From Acidobacteriota bacterium (GTDB lineage Bacteria > Acidobacteriota > CAIWXX01), in assembly GCA_040755995.1 (NCBI GenBank), contig JBFMAF010000024.1:160001-224000 (forward strand): a stretch of DNA of 64,000 nucleotides, given 5' to 3'. This document shows, in pieces, positions 19,516 to 28,881 of the stretch. The notes under the pieces were generated by a model. It did not search any database, was not told where the DNA came from, and saw nothing but the letters and a program-made list of their open reading frames with translations. The position numbers and the translations under genes are program-made. The number at the start of each line of letters is the position of its first letter. Position 1 is the first letter of the stretch.

Positions 19516-19904
19516 CTAGTCCTTCATGTCCACCAGCGCACGCAGATGGTCTCTGAATTCTCGGTGTTGTCGAGACCGGCGCGATGAGATCTCATCGATA
19601 TTGAAGAACAGGTCAGTGCTGGGCGACTCCTTCCTGGCCAGATCCTCGTCCAGCTCCTTGACGCGCACGAGGGTCCAGCAGTGCGCGTACTTCTTGAGTC
19701 TGGCCTTCTGATGACTCTTTTCAGCTTCGCCCAGCCTATTGTGGATGTTCGAACGGTCCGAACCCCCCTTGATCTCGATGGCGACCAGATTACGATATTC
19801 CCCTGACTTCAGCCTCTCACGGATGCTGACATCGGGATCCGTCGCGAAACTAATCTCGACAAGCCTGCCTGCAGGTCGGGGATTGGCGTTCGGAGGCTGC
19901 CCAT
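19516..19904 (-). pseudogene. XcyI-family type II restriction endonuclease, internally deleted and frameshifted
   Basis: MGSLRTPIPDLQ from ATG 19904 joins out of frame at CTGCAG (19869-19874) to AGRLVEISFATDPDV...VAIEIKGGSDRSNIHNRLGEAEKSHQKAR...CWT...KESPST, stop 19516; directly downstream of the N4C methylase. Confidence 0.8.
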
Positions 19905-20779
19905 GATGACTCAGGCGCCGATCGGGAACAGAAGCTGCTCGTCTCGCGAATCCGGGCGAGCGCCATCTCCACGTAGGCAGGATTGAGTTCGATCCCGAAG
20001 TACTTCCGGTGCTGTCGCACGCACGCCACGCCGACCGTGCCAGAGCCGAAGAACGGGTCCAGCACCCAGCTCGCAGGGGGAGCGCCCGCTAGCACACACG
20101 GCTCTATGAGTTGCAGCGGGAACGTCGCGAAGTGGGCACCGCGGAAAGGCTCGGTAGGAACTGACCAGACCGATCTGCGATTTCTCCCGTTGAACTCTCG
20201 GATTGCATCGGCGTTGTACAAGTAGTTCGGCGACTTGGAGAAAAGGAACAAGTACTCGTGTGCCCTGGTTGGCCGGTCCTTGACGCTCTCGGGCATGCAG
20301 TTCGGCTTATCCCAGATGATGTCTGCGCGGAGGTACCATCCGCAATCCTGCAGGGAGAAGGCGAGTCTCCAGGGCACGCCCACCAGCTCCTTCTCCTTCA
20401 GTCCGCGCGGGGTTCTTGGTCTGCACCTCATCTCACGGACTGGGTGCTTCTTGTCGGGCGCCCGGTAGGCCCGATTGCCGCTCGTATAGCTGTCCCCAAC
20501 GTTCAGCCAGAGCGTACCGTCCGGCCTCAGAACGCGCCGGACCTGTTCGAACACCTCGGTCAATCGTACAACATAGTCGTCTGGATCTTCCTCAGCCCCG
20601 ACCTGGCCCTCGATCCCGTAGTCTCTCAGACCCCAATACGGAGGGGAGGTGATACAACACTGGAAGAAATCGGGAGCGAGCGACCTGAGGACGGTCGCGG
20701 CGTCGCCCCGGCACACAGCCGACTCCGAGAGTCCTGATGGCGGGTCCGCTACGAGCCTGACACAAGGAGCTGCTTCCAT
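19850..20779 (-). CDS. Beta-class N4-cytosine DNA methyltransferase (M.XcyI/M.SmaI/M.Cfr9I-like)
   Basis: TSPPY motif IV precedes DPFFGSGT motif I; ESVKDRPTRAHEY and HFATFP. Start and C-terminal end uncertain. Confidence 0.9.
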   Translation of the reverse strand: MEAAPCVRLVADPPSGLSESAVCRGDAATVLRSLAPDFFQCCITSPPYWGLRDYGIEGQVGAEEDPDDYVVRLTEVFEQVRRVLRPDGTLWLNVGDSYTSGNRAYRAPDKKHPVREMRCRPRTPRGLKEKELVGVPWRLAFSLQDCGWYLRADIIWDKPNCMPESVKDRPTRAHEYLFLFSKSPNYLYNADAIREFNGRNRRSVWSVPTEPFRGAHFATFPLQLIEPCVLAGAPPASWVLDPFFGSGTVGVACVRQHRKYFGIELNPAYVEMALARIRETSSFCSRSAPESSWAASERQSPTCRQACRD

Positions 20780-20840
20780 GCTTTCAATCCATCGTATCGT
20801 AGCGGCGAGCGGGCGGGTTTGCAAGGCATCCATCCCTGTC

Positions 20841-21053
20841 GGGTGTGATCGTTTGCCCTTGGTGAGTTACCACCTCCTTCGGCCAGCTACCGACGGGTGT
20901 TACATCCGCGGGATCACGCAGATTGCGGAGATGGAAATCGCCTTCAGGCAGGGGTCACATCTGCGAAATCCGCGAAATCTGCGTCATCTGCGGATCTCCG
21001 TGTTCGCTGCCATCGCCGCCACCAGCCTTCACCAAAGCCTTTGTACCACGCCC
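20841..21053. mobile_element. MITE-like non-coding element, copy A
   Basis: Imperfect TIRs GGGTGTGAT-N7-CYTTGGTGA; homologous in inverted orientation to 54986-55201; internal 9-mer-repeat palindrome. Confidence 0.7.
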
Positions 21054-21171
21054 GTCCTTGTCTCCTCATGTCCTTGGCTCGATGTTCATGCCGTGGCCTG
21101 GATCAGGGATGCCCGAGGCTCGTCGCTGAGCATGCACAAGGGGTCGGGGCAGGCTGTGATAGCATAGCGGC

Positions 21172-22116
21172 GTGAAGTACGTCGCGCTGATCGGGATCCT
21201 CGTTTTCGGGATCATCATCTGGCAGACCGACTTCCACGCAGTCGGGAACATCCTGCTCGCAGCGGACCTGGGGCTGCTGGGTCTGTGCGTCGCGCTGCTC
21301 GTCCCGACCTTCTACCTCAAGGTGCTCCGCTGGCGAGTCCTGTTGCGTCTCACCGGGATCGATCTTTCGCTTCGGCGGTGTGCGACGCTTTACCTCGGGA
21401 GCATGTTTGTGGCCAGTGCCACCCCGGGAAGGGCGGGCGAGCTGGCGAAGGTCTACTTCGTACACAAGGAGAAAGAGGTGCCGGTGGGTCGTGCCCTCAC
21501 GAGCACCATCGTGGACCGCTTGATGGAAGTCATCGTGCTGTTTTTTCTGGGTGTAGTCGGAGCGCTGCTGATGACCGCAGGGATGCAGAATCTGCTCTAC
21601 CCTGTGCTCGGGTTCTCCGTTGCGCTCGGAATCGTCATCCTGCTTATGCTGAACCGGCGGCTGGTGGATCTTGCGGTCGCGGTGATGCGCAAGACGGGAC
21701 TCCTGCGGAAGTTCCAGTCGGGCCTCGCCAGCGACATCGACCAGTTCTACGGCGCCATGCAGGACCTGCGCCGGCCGGGCCTCATAATGCCTGTGCTCTA
21801 CACATTCGTATCCATGTTCTTCTTCCTGTTGAACTGCGTGCTGTTCGGTAGAGCCCTCGGCATCGACATAGCTTCGCGCAGCGTTGTGATCATCGTGAGC
21901 ATTGCCAAGCTCGTTGCGCTGATACCCGTTACCGTGGCAGGACTCGGAACGCGCGAAGGCACCTTCCTCTACCTCTTCGGACTCGCCGGCGTCGGTCGAG
22001 ATCAGGTGATGAGCTTCTCGTTCCTCTACATATTCATGTTCAACATACTGGTCAACCTCGCGGGCGGCGTAGCATGGCTCTACTCGCCCATCCGAAGGAC
22101 GAAGTCTGAAGCATGA
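21172..22116 (+). CDS. Lysylphosphatidylglycerol synthase TM domain / flippase-like (UPF0104) protein
   Basis: LRWRVLL, TPGRAGELAK, VDR and PVTVAGLGTRE motifs. Confidence 0.9.
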   Translation: MKYVALIGILVFGIIIWQTDFHAVGNILLAADLGLLGLCVALLVPTFYLKVLRWRVLLRLTGIDLSLRRCATLYLGSMFVASATPGRAGELAKVYFVHKEKEVPVGRALTSTIVDRLMEVIVLFFLGVVGALLMTAGMQNLLYPVLGFSVALGIVILLMLNRRLVDLAVAVMRKTGLLRKFQSGLASDIDQFYGAMQDLRRPGLIMPVLYTFVSMFFFLLNCVLFGRALGIDIASRSVVIIVSIAKLVALIPVTVAGLGTREGTFLYLFGLAGVGRDQVMSFSFLYIFMFNILVNLAGGVAWLYSPIRRTKSEA

Positions 22117-22131
22117 AGTGTGAAGTATGAA
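22094..22131. repeat. 7-mer tandem repeat (GAAGNNN) spanning a gene junction
   Basis: gaaggac gaagtct gaagcat gaagtgt gaagtat gaa. Confidence 0.65.
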
Positions 22132-23332
22132 AGCGTGGAGGGTCGGCTGGTGCGTCATCGTGGCGGCGGCTGTCTCGCTGCAGGCACAGGCTCTGGGACA
22201 TGCGCAGGGCAGCGCCGATGAGGTTGCAGCGAGAATCCATCGCGAGGCCGTCGTTGTGGATATGCATGCGGACACTCTGCTGCGCGTTCTCGACGCCGGC
22301 GAGGACCTCGGGTGGCGCACGGCGCGAGGCGACATCGACATCCCGAGAATGCGCGAGGGCGGGCTGGATTGCCAGCTCCTCGCCGCCTGGCCGTCTCCAG
22401 TGTTCAAGCAGTACGGCTTTCTCAAGCGAAGCCTCGACATGATTGATGCCCACGCGGGACTTGTGGAGAGCCATCCGCAAGATCTCGTGGCTGCGCGTAC
22501 GGTTGCCGACATTCGGGCGGCCGCCGCCGCAGGCAAGATCGCGACGCTCGCGGGGATCGAAGGCGGGCACGCAATCGAGAATGACCCGCGGATGCTGTCC
22601 ATCTTTGCCAGACTCGGGGTGCGCTGCATGACGCTCACCTGGGCCATGTCGACCGAATGGGCGGACAGCTCGGGAGACAAGGGCACGCATGGCGGGCTCA
22701 CCCCGCTCGGCAGGGACATCGTCCGAGAGATGAATCGGCTGGGCATCGCAGTCGACGTCTCGCACGTGTCAGACAGGACCTTCTACGACGTGCTCGATGC
22801 CTCTTCCAAGCCCGTCATCGCCTCGCACAGCAGCTGCCGGGCGCTCGCCGCAAGTGCGCGGAACCTCTCCGACGACCAGCTTCGCGCTCTCGCGGCGAAA
22901 GGCGGCGTCGTAGGGATCAACTTCTACCCGCCTTTCCTGGACGCGGCCTTCGGCAGGAGGCTCGACGCCATGAACCGGCGTCTTCTGCCCGAGCTCCAGA
23001 AGATCGACGCACAGAACAGGGGACAGCCCGGGCGCGCCTGGCTGGCGAGGAACGAGCTGGCGAAGGCCGAGGCTCGGAAGCTGCCCGGACGGGTGACTAT
23101 CTCGCGGCTGGTCGACCATATTGAGCACGCGGTGAAGGTGGCAGGGGTGGACCATGTGGGACTCGGCGCCGACTTCGACGGGATCGACGCTGAGATCGAA
23201 GGTCTGGAGGACTGCTCGAAGCTCCCGGCGCTCACCGCCGAGCTCATGAGACGAGGCTTCACCGAGCAGGAGGTCAAGAAGATACTCGGGGAGAACTTCC
23301 TGCGGGTGCTGAAGGAGATCATCGGGCAATAG
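22127..23332 (+). CDS. Exported membrane dipeptidase (peptidase M19)
   Basis: Signal peptide; DMHAD, GIEGG, DVSH, ASHS, RNLSD, GADFDG and GENFLRV motifs. Confidence 0.93.
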   Translation: MKAWRVGWCVIVAAAVSLQAQALGHAQGSADEVAARIHREAVVVDMHADTLLRVLDAGEDLGWRTARGDIDIPRMREGGLDCQLLAAWPSPVFKQYGFLKRSLDMIDAHAGLVESHPQDLVAARTVADIRAAAAAGKIATLAGIEGGHAIENDPRMLSIFARLGVRCMTLTWAMSTEWADSSGDKGTHGGLTPLGRDIVREMNRLGIAVDVSHVSDRTFYDVLDASSKPVIASHSSCRALAASARNLSDDQLRALAAKGGVVGINFYPPFLDAAFGRRLDAMNRRLLPELQKIDAQNRGQPGRAWLARNELAKAEARKLPGRVTISRLVDHIEHAVKVAGVDHVGLGADFDGIDAEIEGLEDCSKLPALTAELMRRGFTEQEVKKILGENFLRVLKEIIGQ

Positions 23333-23394
23333 TGCTTGCTTTCACGCGCGCGGGCAGCATATAGTTGGGCGATTTTAACTGACGGAGGAGACAC

Positions 23395-25452
23395 ATGGCG
23401 GCCTCAGGCGAGACCAAGCAACAGAAGCACCAGCCGTTCGTACCGAGTTCTGCGATCATGAGCGAATTCACCTGGAAAGCCGTGGTGCTGGGCCTCCTGC
23501 TCAGCGCGATCCTCGGCGCAGCCAACGCCTACCTCGGACTCAGGGCCGGCATGACGATCGCCGCAACATACCCTGCGGCAGTCATCGGCATGGCAGTGCT
23601 GAGGCTGTTCAAGGGCAACATCCTCGAGGAGAACATCGCTCGAACCGTCGGCTCGATCGGTGAATCCGTGGCGGCGGGAGCAATTTTCACGATCCCCGCG
23701 TTCGTGATCCTGAAGTTGTGGACCTTCAATACGTTGAAGGACTACCTCACCGCGACAGCGCTGATGATCCTTGGCGGGTTGATCGGAATCATGTTCGTGA
23801 CGATGCTGCGACGCGTGATGGTCGAAGACCGCGACCTGCCGTTTCCCGAGTCCGTTGCCGCTTCTGAAATACACAAGGCCGGCCAGCGCGGAGCCGAGGC
23901 GGCACTGCAGCTGTTCAAGGCGATGGGAGTTGGCGCCCTGATCAGGCTGCTCGGCGCGCTTGGGATCTTCAATGCCTCCAAGACATTTACCGTTGCCGTG
24001 GGCCATGTGAAGCAGAGCCTGGTGCGCCTCGGCCTGACCAAGGACGCAGGCTCGATCGCCGCAGGCGGTGTCACCCAGTTCTCCGCTCCGGCCGTGAGCC
24101 CCGCCTACGTCGGGGTCGGCTACATCATCGGCCCCGAGCTCGGTGCCCTGAACTTCGCAGGGGGCCTCCTTGCGTGGGGTCTTTTCGTCCCGCTGCTGGT
24201 GTTCTTTCTCGGCCCTGAGATGATCGACAAGTACGCCGCAGCCCAGCAGGGCAACGAGGCGAGGGCCTGGGCGGACATCGTCGACCACCTCTACCGGTAC
24301 ATAGTCCGGCCGATCGCGGTCGGAGGCATGTTGGTGGGTGCTTGCTACACTCTCTACCGCATGCGCAAGAACCTCATCGCAGGACTTAAGCGCGCCGTGA
24401 GCGACTTGAAGAAGAGCGCGGGGGCCCATGACACAACCGAGCGGGTCGACCGTGACATAAACTTCAAGACGGTCCTCTTCGTGATCTCAGCCTTGTTCAT
24501 CCTGATGGTCGGCCTCTATTTCTACTTCTCTCAGATGATCAGCGGAGCCGTGTTCGCGGCGATCGTGATGCTGATCACCGGGTTCTTCTTCGCTGCGGTA
24601 TCGGGGAATCTGGTCGGTATGATCGGTTCTTCGAATAATCCGATCTCGGGGCTCACCCTGGCCACTACCATCGTCGCTGCGCTGGTGATGGTCCTCGTCG
24701 GCGTGTCAGGGGCGCAGGGTGTCGCGGCGGTGCTGGGGGTGGCGAGTGTGGTCTGCGTCTCCTCGGCCGTCGCCGGCGAGATGCTGCAAGACCTCAAGGT
24801 CGGCCACATACTCGGCGGGACACCGTGGAAGATGCAGGTCGGCGACGTGCTCGGAGTCGTCCTGGCTGGCGCCGTGATGTTCTTCCCGCTGTATGTGCTG
24901 CACTTCGCGGACCTCCGCCAGAACCCCGCCTCCGGCGGCTTCGGCGGCACGAACCTCCCGGCCCCACAGGCGGGTCTCATGGCGGCGCTCTCGCAGGGCA
25001 TCGTCGGCGGCGAGATGGCATGGCCGCTCGTCATCGTCGGGATCGCCATGGGCATATCGCTAATACTCATCAAGGTGCGTAGCCCGATGTTGTTCTCGGT
25101 AGGCATGTACCTGCCGCTCGAGACGACCTTCGCCATCTTCGTCGGCGGCGTGATCCGCGGGATCGTCGACAAGCTCGTCAACAAGCGTGGATACAACCTG
25201 GCCCAGAAGGCGCGAGTCGAGAACGCAGGCGTCCTGGCTGCATCAGGGTTGATCGCCGGAGAGGCGCTGATGGGACTGCTGGTGGCCGCGGTGGTCTTCT
25301 TCCGTGAAGCCGGGTTCCCGACGGTGAGGCTCGCCATGGCAGGTCCGTTGGCCATCCCGGTCGCGCTCGTCCTGATCGCCTACTTGATAAAGGTGCCGAT
25401 ATCGAAGGCCGGAGCCCCCGATGAGCCCGCGCCGCCCACTGCCGTGATGTGA
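23395..25452 (+). CDS. Oligopeptide transporter, OPT family
   Basis: ANAYLGLRAG, LPFPES, GSSNNPISG, QDLKVG, LPAPQA and ASGLIAGE motifs; putative promoter TTGCTT-N18-TATAGT at 23336-23365. Confidence 0.95.
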   Translation: MAASGETKQQKHQPFVPSSAIMSEFTWKAVVLGLLLSAILGAANAYLGLRAGMTIAATYPAAVIGMAVLRLFKGNILEENIARTVGSIGESVAAGAIFTIPAFVILKLWTFNTLKDYLTATALMILGGLIGIMFVTMLRRVMVEDRDLPFPESVAASEIHKAGQRGAEAALQLFKAMGVGALIRLLGALGIFNASKTFTVAVGHVKQSLVRLGLTKDAGSIAAGGVTQFSAPAVSPAYVGVGYIIGPELGALNFAGGLLAWGLFVPLLVFFLGPEMIDKYAAAQQGNEARAWADIVDHLYRYIVRPIAVGGMLVGACYTLYRMRKNLIAGLKRAVSDLKKSAGAHDTTERVDRDINFKTVLFVISALFILMVGLYFYFSQMISGAVFAAIVMLITGFFFAAVSGNLVGMIGSSNNPISGLTLATTIVAALVMVLVGVSGAQGVAAVLGVASVVCVSSAVAGEMLQDLKVGHILGGTPWKMQVGDVLGVVLAGAVMFFPLYVLHFADLRQNPASGGFGGTNLPAPQAGLMAALSQGIVGGEMAWPLVIVGIAMGISLILIKVRSPMLFSVGMYLPLETTFAIFVGGVIRGIVDKLVNKRGYNLAQKARVENAGVLAASGLIAGEALMGLLVAAVVFFREAGFPTVRLAMAGPLAIPVALVLIAYLIKVPISKAGAPDEPAPPTAVM

Positions 25453-25574
25453 GGTGTGACGGGATATAGGCAGTCGGCGAGCAAGCCCCGTCTGCACAGA
25501 CTTGCTCGGCCCAAGCCTTACAGTCCCGGCGGGCTCTGCAGGCGTGACCCTGGCTGGCCTCGCGCCGACGCGGC

Positions 25575-26423
25575 TTAAGGCCTGGCGGGGCCGCCGGAGG
25601 CCTCTTCTTCGATGCCGATCTGCGGCGGGCTCGTCGGCCTGCCCTCGGCCAGCGGCACCCAGGGCCACGCCAGCCACTCGAGGATTGATGCCGGCAGCTG
25701 CAAGCGCTCGCTCCCCACGATCATGAACCGAGGCGCCGCCCAGACGACCTTCCTGAGTACCTCGGACGGTGTCCCCTCGGCGACCAGCGCCTCCCGGATC
25801 TCCGGCGGGAGAAGCCCAAGCACGACCTTCTCGCGCGGGGTCAGCTCGCGCTTCTCTCGTATCTTCTCGCGTATCTGCTCCGCCGTAGCAGGCTCGAATC
25901 CCGACGCACGGATCACATCGGCCGCGCGTGATTCCTCGGCGGGAGGAGGTGCCATCTCGAAATCGGCCAGGCTCACTCTGGGCGTGCGCACGCGGTTGCT
26001 GGTCGCGACCGCGAAGAAATGATCGTCGAACGCCAGGCCGATCTCGGCCATGTATTCCGTATCCGGTTCGACTATCAGCCACCACTCGCGCGCGACGCCG
26101 ACGTCGAACTGTACCCTGCTCTTTGACGCCACTCGCGTTACCTGCAGAGTGAGCTGTCCGCCGGTGAACCCGAGCTGTTCGGCTCGCCTGGCGGCGCGCT
26201 CGAGTCCCATCCCCGACAGCTCCCAGAAGATGAACACGCGGTATGGGTCGTGCACGAGCATACGGATCATGTCGAGCTGGTATGACTCCGGGAGCGGCAG
26301 GCCGGTGTCGACGTACTCTTCCTTCGCCTCCGGCTGAGCCGGCGACAACTTCCTCTGCGCCATCTCCTCAGGCGGCTGCAGCCAAGGGAGAGGATATAAC
26401 CCCTTCTCCTTCATGCGGGCCAT
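25575..26423 (-). CDS. DUF4912 domain protein
   Basis: LPESYQ...LVHDPYRVFIFWE...YMAEIG...ATSNRVRTP signature. Confidence 0.8.
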   Translation of the reverse strand: MARMKEKGLYPLPWLQPPEEMAQRKLSPAQPEAKEEYVDTGLPLPESYQLDMIRMLVHDPYRVFIFWELSGMGLERAARRAEQLGFTGGQLTLQVTRVASKSRVQFDVGVAREWWLIVEPDTEYMAEIGLAFDDHFFAVATSNRVRTPRVSLADFEMAPPPAEESRAADVIRASGFEPATAEQIREKIREKRELTPREKVVLGLLPPEIREALVAEGTPSEVLRKVVWAAPRFMIVGSERLQLPASILEWLAWPWVPLAEGRPTSPPQIGIEEEASGGPARP

Positions 26424-26595
26424 GTTACTCGGATGATCCCCGAAATGCAACCAATCCCTGTGCGCAGAGCCTCTCACGACCACGATCACGACAACAAGAG
26501 ACCTCGTCGTGAGATGCTGCCATGGGGTAGAATAGGGGCTCGGAGAGTGACACGGCCTGGGCGAAAAATCGCACGAGATGGAGTTGCACTGAATC

Positions 26596-27522
26596 ATGGA
26601 TGGACCCGAAACGATGATGCAAGGCGATGGGGCTGAGATCAGCTATCCCGGGCTGTGGGATGCCGAGACGCTTCGGATGAATCTGGCTGCATGTTTGAAG
26701 GAGGTAGCGGAGGAGGTCGAGATACCGATGAAGCGCCTGCTGCGGCTGATGGAGCGGGACGCGCGGTATCGGGAGACGATGGAGAGTTGGGAGGCCCTGA
26801 ACGAGGCCGAACGGCTCAAGGCCTGGAAGCGGCTGGTGATTGTCGGGCAGGAGGTGCTGCAGGGGGCATCGGCGGAGTGCGCCCAGTGCGGTGAGTGCTG
26901 CTCCAAGGCAAGCCCGACGCTCCACCTGGAGGACCTCGAGATCCTGCGGAGCGGCGGAATTCCGTTGAGCCGGCTGGTGTGTCTCAGGAGAGGCGAGCCA
27001 GTGCGGTCGCCGTTCGAGGACGAGCTGTTCCACCTCGATGAGGAACGCATAAAGATCCGCGAGAAGCCGGGCACGACCGAATGCGTGTTCCTGGACGGCG
27101 CTACGGGCCTGTGCACGATCTACCCCGACAGGCCGGCCCAGTGCGAAGCCCAGGCGTGCTGGGACCCGAGCGAGGCCAGGGAGCTCTCGAAGCTGCCGCA
27201 TCTTACCAGACGCGATCTGTTCAACGAGGTGGACCTGCTCCTGGATGTTATGGCGATGCACGACGAGAAGTGCTCATTTGAGAATCTGCAGCAGGCATTC
27301 AGGCGGCTGGAGGAGACCGGCGGCGAGAGCGTTGACGAGGTTCTGAAGCTGCTGGCGTATGAGGACCATTTCCGGACTTTCATGGCGGAGCAGTTGAAGA
27401 TACCGGGAGACACCATCGAGCTGGTCTTCGGGCGCAGCTACGCTGACTTGACGTACCTGTTCGGTTTTCACGTGGTTCACGGACCAGACGGAGGACACTG
27501 CCTGGTGCCCGATCAAGACTAG
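26596..27522 (+). CDS. YkgJ family cysteine-cluster (CxxCxxCC) protein
   Basis: CAQCGECC, CVFLD...CTIYPDRPAQC...CW. Confidence 0.85.
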   Translation: MDGPETMMQGDGAEISYPGLWDAETLRMNLAACLKEVAEEVEIPMKRLLRLMERDARYRETMESWEALNEAERLKAWKRLVIVGQEVLQGASAECAQCGECCSKASPTLHLEDLEILRSGGIPLSRLVCLRRGEPVRSPFEDELFHLDEERIKIREKPGTTECVFLDGATGLCTIYPDRPAQCEAQACWDPSEARELSKLPHLTRRDLFNEVDLLLDVMAMHDEKCSFENLQQAFRRLEETGGESVDEVLKLLAYEDHFRTFMAEQLKIPGDTIELVFGRSYADLTYLFGFHVVHGPDGGHCLVPDQD

Positions 27523-27574
27523 GCAACTCCCGGCAGAGAGACGCTCTGGTTGGACGCGACTTCGGAGGTGCTCG

Positions 27575-28321
27575 ATGGCGTCGTTTGAAGTGATAGTCCT
27601 GGGAGTCGGAGATGTATTCTCCGAGATCAACCATCCCAGCTCACTGCTTCTCCATTGCGACGGCTTCTACCTCGCGATTGATTGCCCCGACACGTACCGG
27701 TCGGTTCTCCATGGGGCGTCGTCAAGCGCCGGCAGGGCGATCGACGTCGCGTCGATCGATCACGTCCTCATCACGCACGTTCACGGCGACCACATGAACG
27801 GCCTGGAGGGATTCGCGTTCTACAAGCACTTCGTCGAGGGCAAGCACCTGTCATTGTACACGACGCCCGAAGTGCGATCTGTGATCTGGGGGGAACGGCT
27901 TCGTGTCTCCATGGGGAAACTGTGGGACGGCGAGCGGCACCGGACGATGGAATTCGACGACTACTTCGACTACCACCCGCTCGACTGGACACACAAAGTC
28001 GCTATCGGGCCGTTCGCAGTCTCGATCCATCCGACCGTCCATCACGTGCCGACCATCGGGCTGCTCGTCGAATGCATGGGCCGCAGGCTGGGCTACTCGA
28101 GCGACACCGCATTCGACCCGCAGCTCATCTCATTCCTGTCCGCTGCCGACCTGATCATCCACGAGACAAACTACGGTCCCGCCCATACGGCGCTCTTCGA
28201 TCTGGAGAGCCTCCCCGATCACCTGCAGAAGAACATGCGCCTCATCCATGTCCCGGACGAGCTGGCTTCGGTCGCAACGTCGATCCGCACACTGCACGAG
28301 GGTGAAGTGCTGCGCGTGTGA
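27575..28321 (+). CDS. Metallo-beta-lactamase fold hydrolase (RNase Z-like)
   Basis: THVHGDH, HH, SSDT, IHE and HT motifs. Confidence 0.9.
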   Translation: MASFEVIVLGVGDVFSEINHPSSLLLHCDGFYLAIDCPDTYRSVLHGASSSAGRAIDVASIDHVLITHVHGDHMNGLEGFAFYKHFVEGKHLSLYTTPEVRSVIWGERLRVSMGKLWDGERHRTMEFDDYFDYHPLDWTHKVAIGPFAVSIHPTVHHVPTIGLLVECMGRRLGYSSDTAFDPQLISFLSAADLIIHETNYGPAHTALFDLESLPDHLQKNMRLIHVPDELASVATSIRTLHEGEVLRV

Positions 28322-28370
28322 ACGCAAAGCGCACTGGTGCTCCAGGCAGGGCGCACACAACAACGTGCCC

Positions 28371-28416
28371 CTACTCTCGATCATCCTTGATCTTCTCGGC
28401 CAGCTGAGCCAGGAAG
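28371..28416 (-). repeat. Displaced copy of the 3' end of the TPR/metallopeptidase gene (att-like direct repeat, left boundary)
   Basis: 28385-28416 matches 43047-43078 at 30/32 nt; minus strand reads FLAQLAEKIKDDRE* versus FLAQLAERIKGDRQQ*. Confidence 0.8.
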
Positions 28417-28470
28417 ACGGCCCTCGCGATTCCGGGGCCGAGAGCCCAGGGCGGCAGGCCTTCTCGATTG

Positions 28471-28500
28471 TTGACATCGGCCTTCGGAGGGCTGTATTCT
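28471..28500 (+). promoter_or_regulatory. Putative sigma70 promoter upstream of the Rhs gene
   Basis: TTGACA-N18-TATTCT with TG immediately before the -10 box. Confidence 0.4.
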
Positions 28501-28881
28501 CTCGCCGTTCTCGTCCAGCATGGGGGGTTGCTGTGACAGGTGGATCGCCTGAGATTGGGATTTCGACAGCCCTGTCGTCGGCGGGGGATCCTCTGTGCCT
28601 GCTCCGTGATTTGACAGCGCGACCGATTCCCCCCCCCTCAGAGTAGGAATTTCCCCCCGCGCGAGTCTCGGGAGTCGGGACTCCCATGGCTGCTCGCTGG
28701 GAATCGGATGGCAAGAACTCGATGGTGTCTGACTGCTTCCGTGCGCATTGCGGGGGAGGGCGACTCGATATGATCTGCTGCACCGAGACCGCAGGAACCT
28801 TGGATCGACACCAAGATTCTGGTGTAGGACCGCCAAGATCTTTTCATTCTCGCGACACTGTTAAAGGTGAGAGTCTGATTT

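Noticed and set aside
25453..25574. Possible ncRNA between the OPT and DUF4912 genes
   Set aside because: Only one hairpin (CGAGCAAG/CTTGCTCG) between convergent genes, with no tRNA, SRP or riboswitch hallmarks; probably terminator-like.
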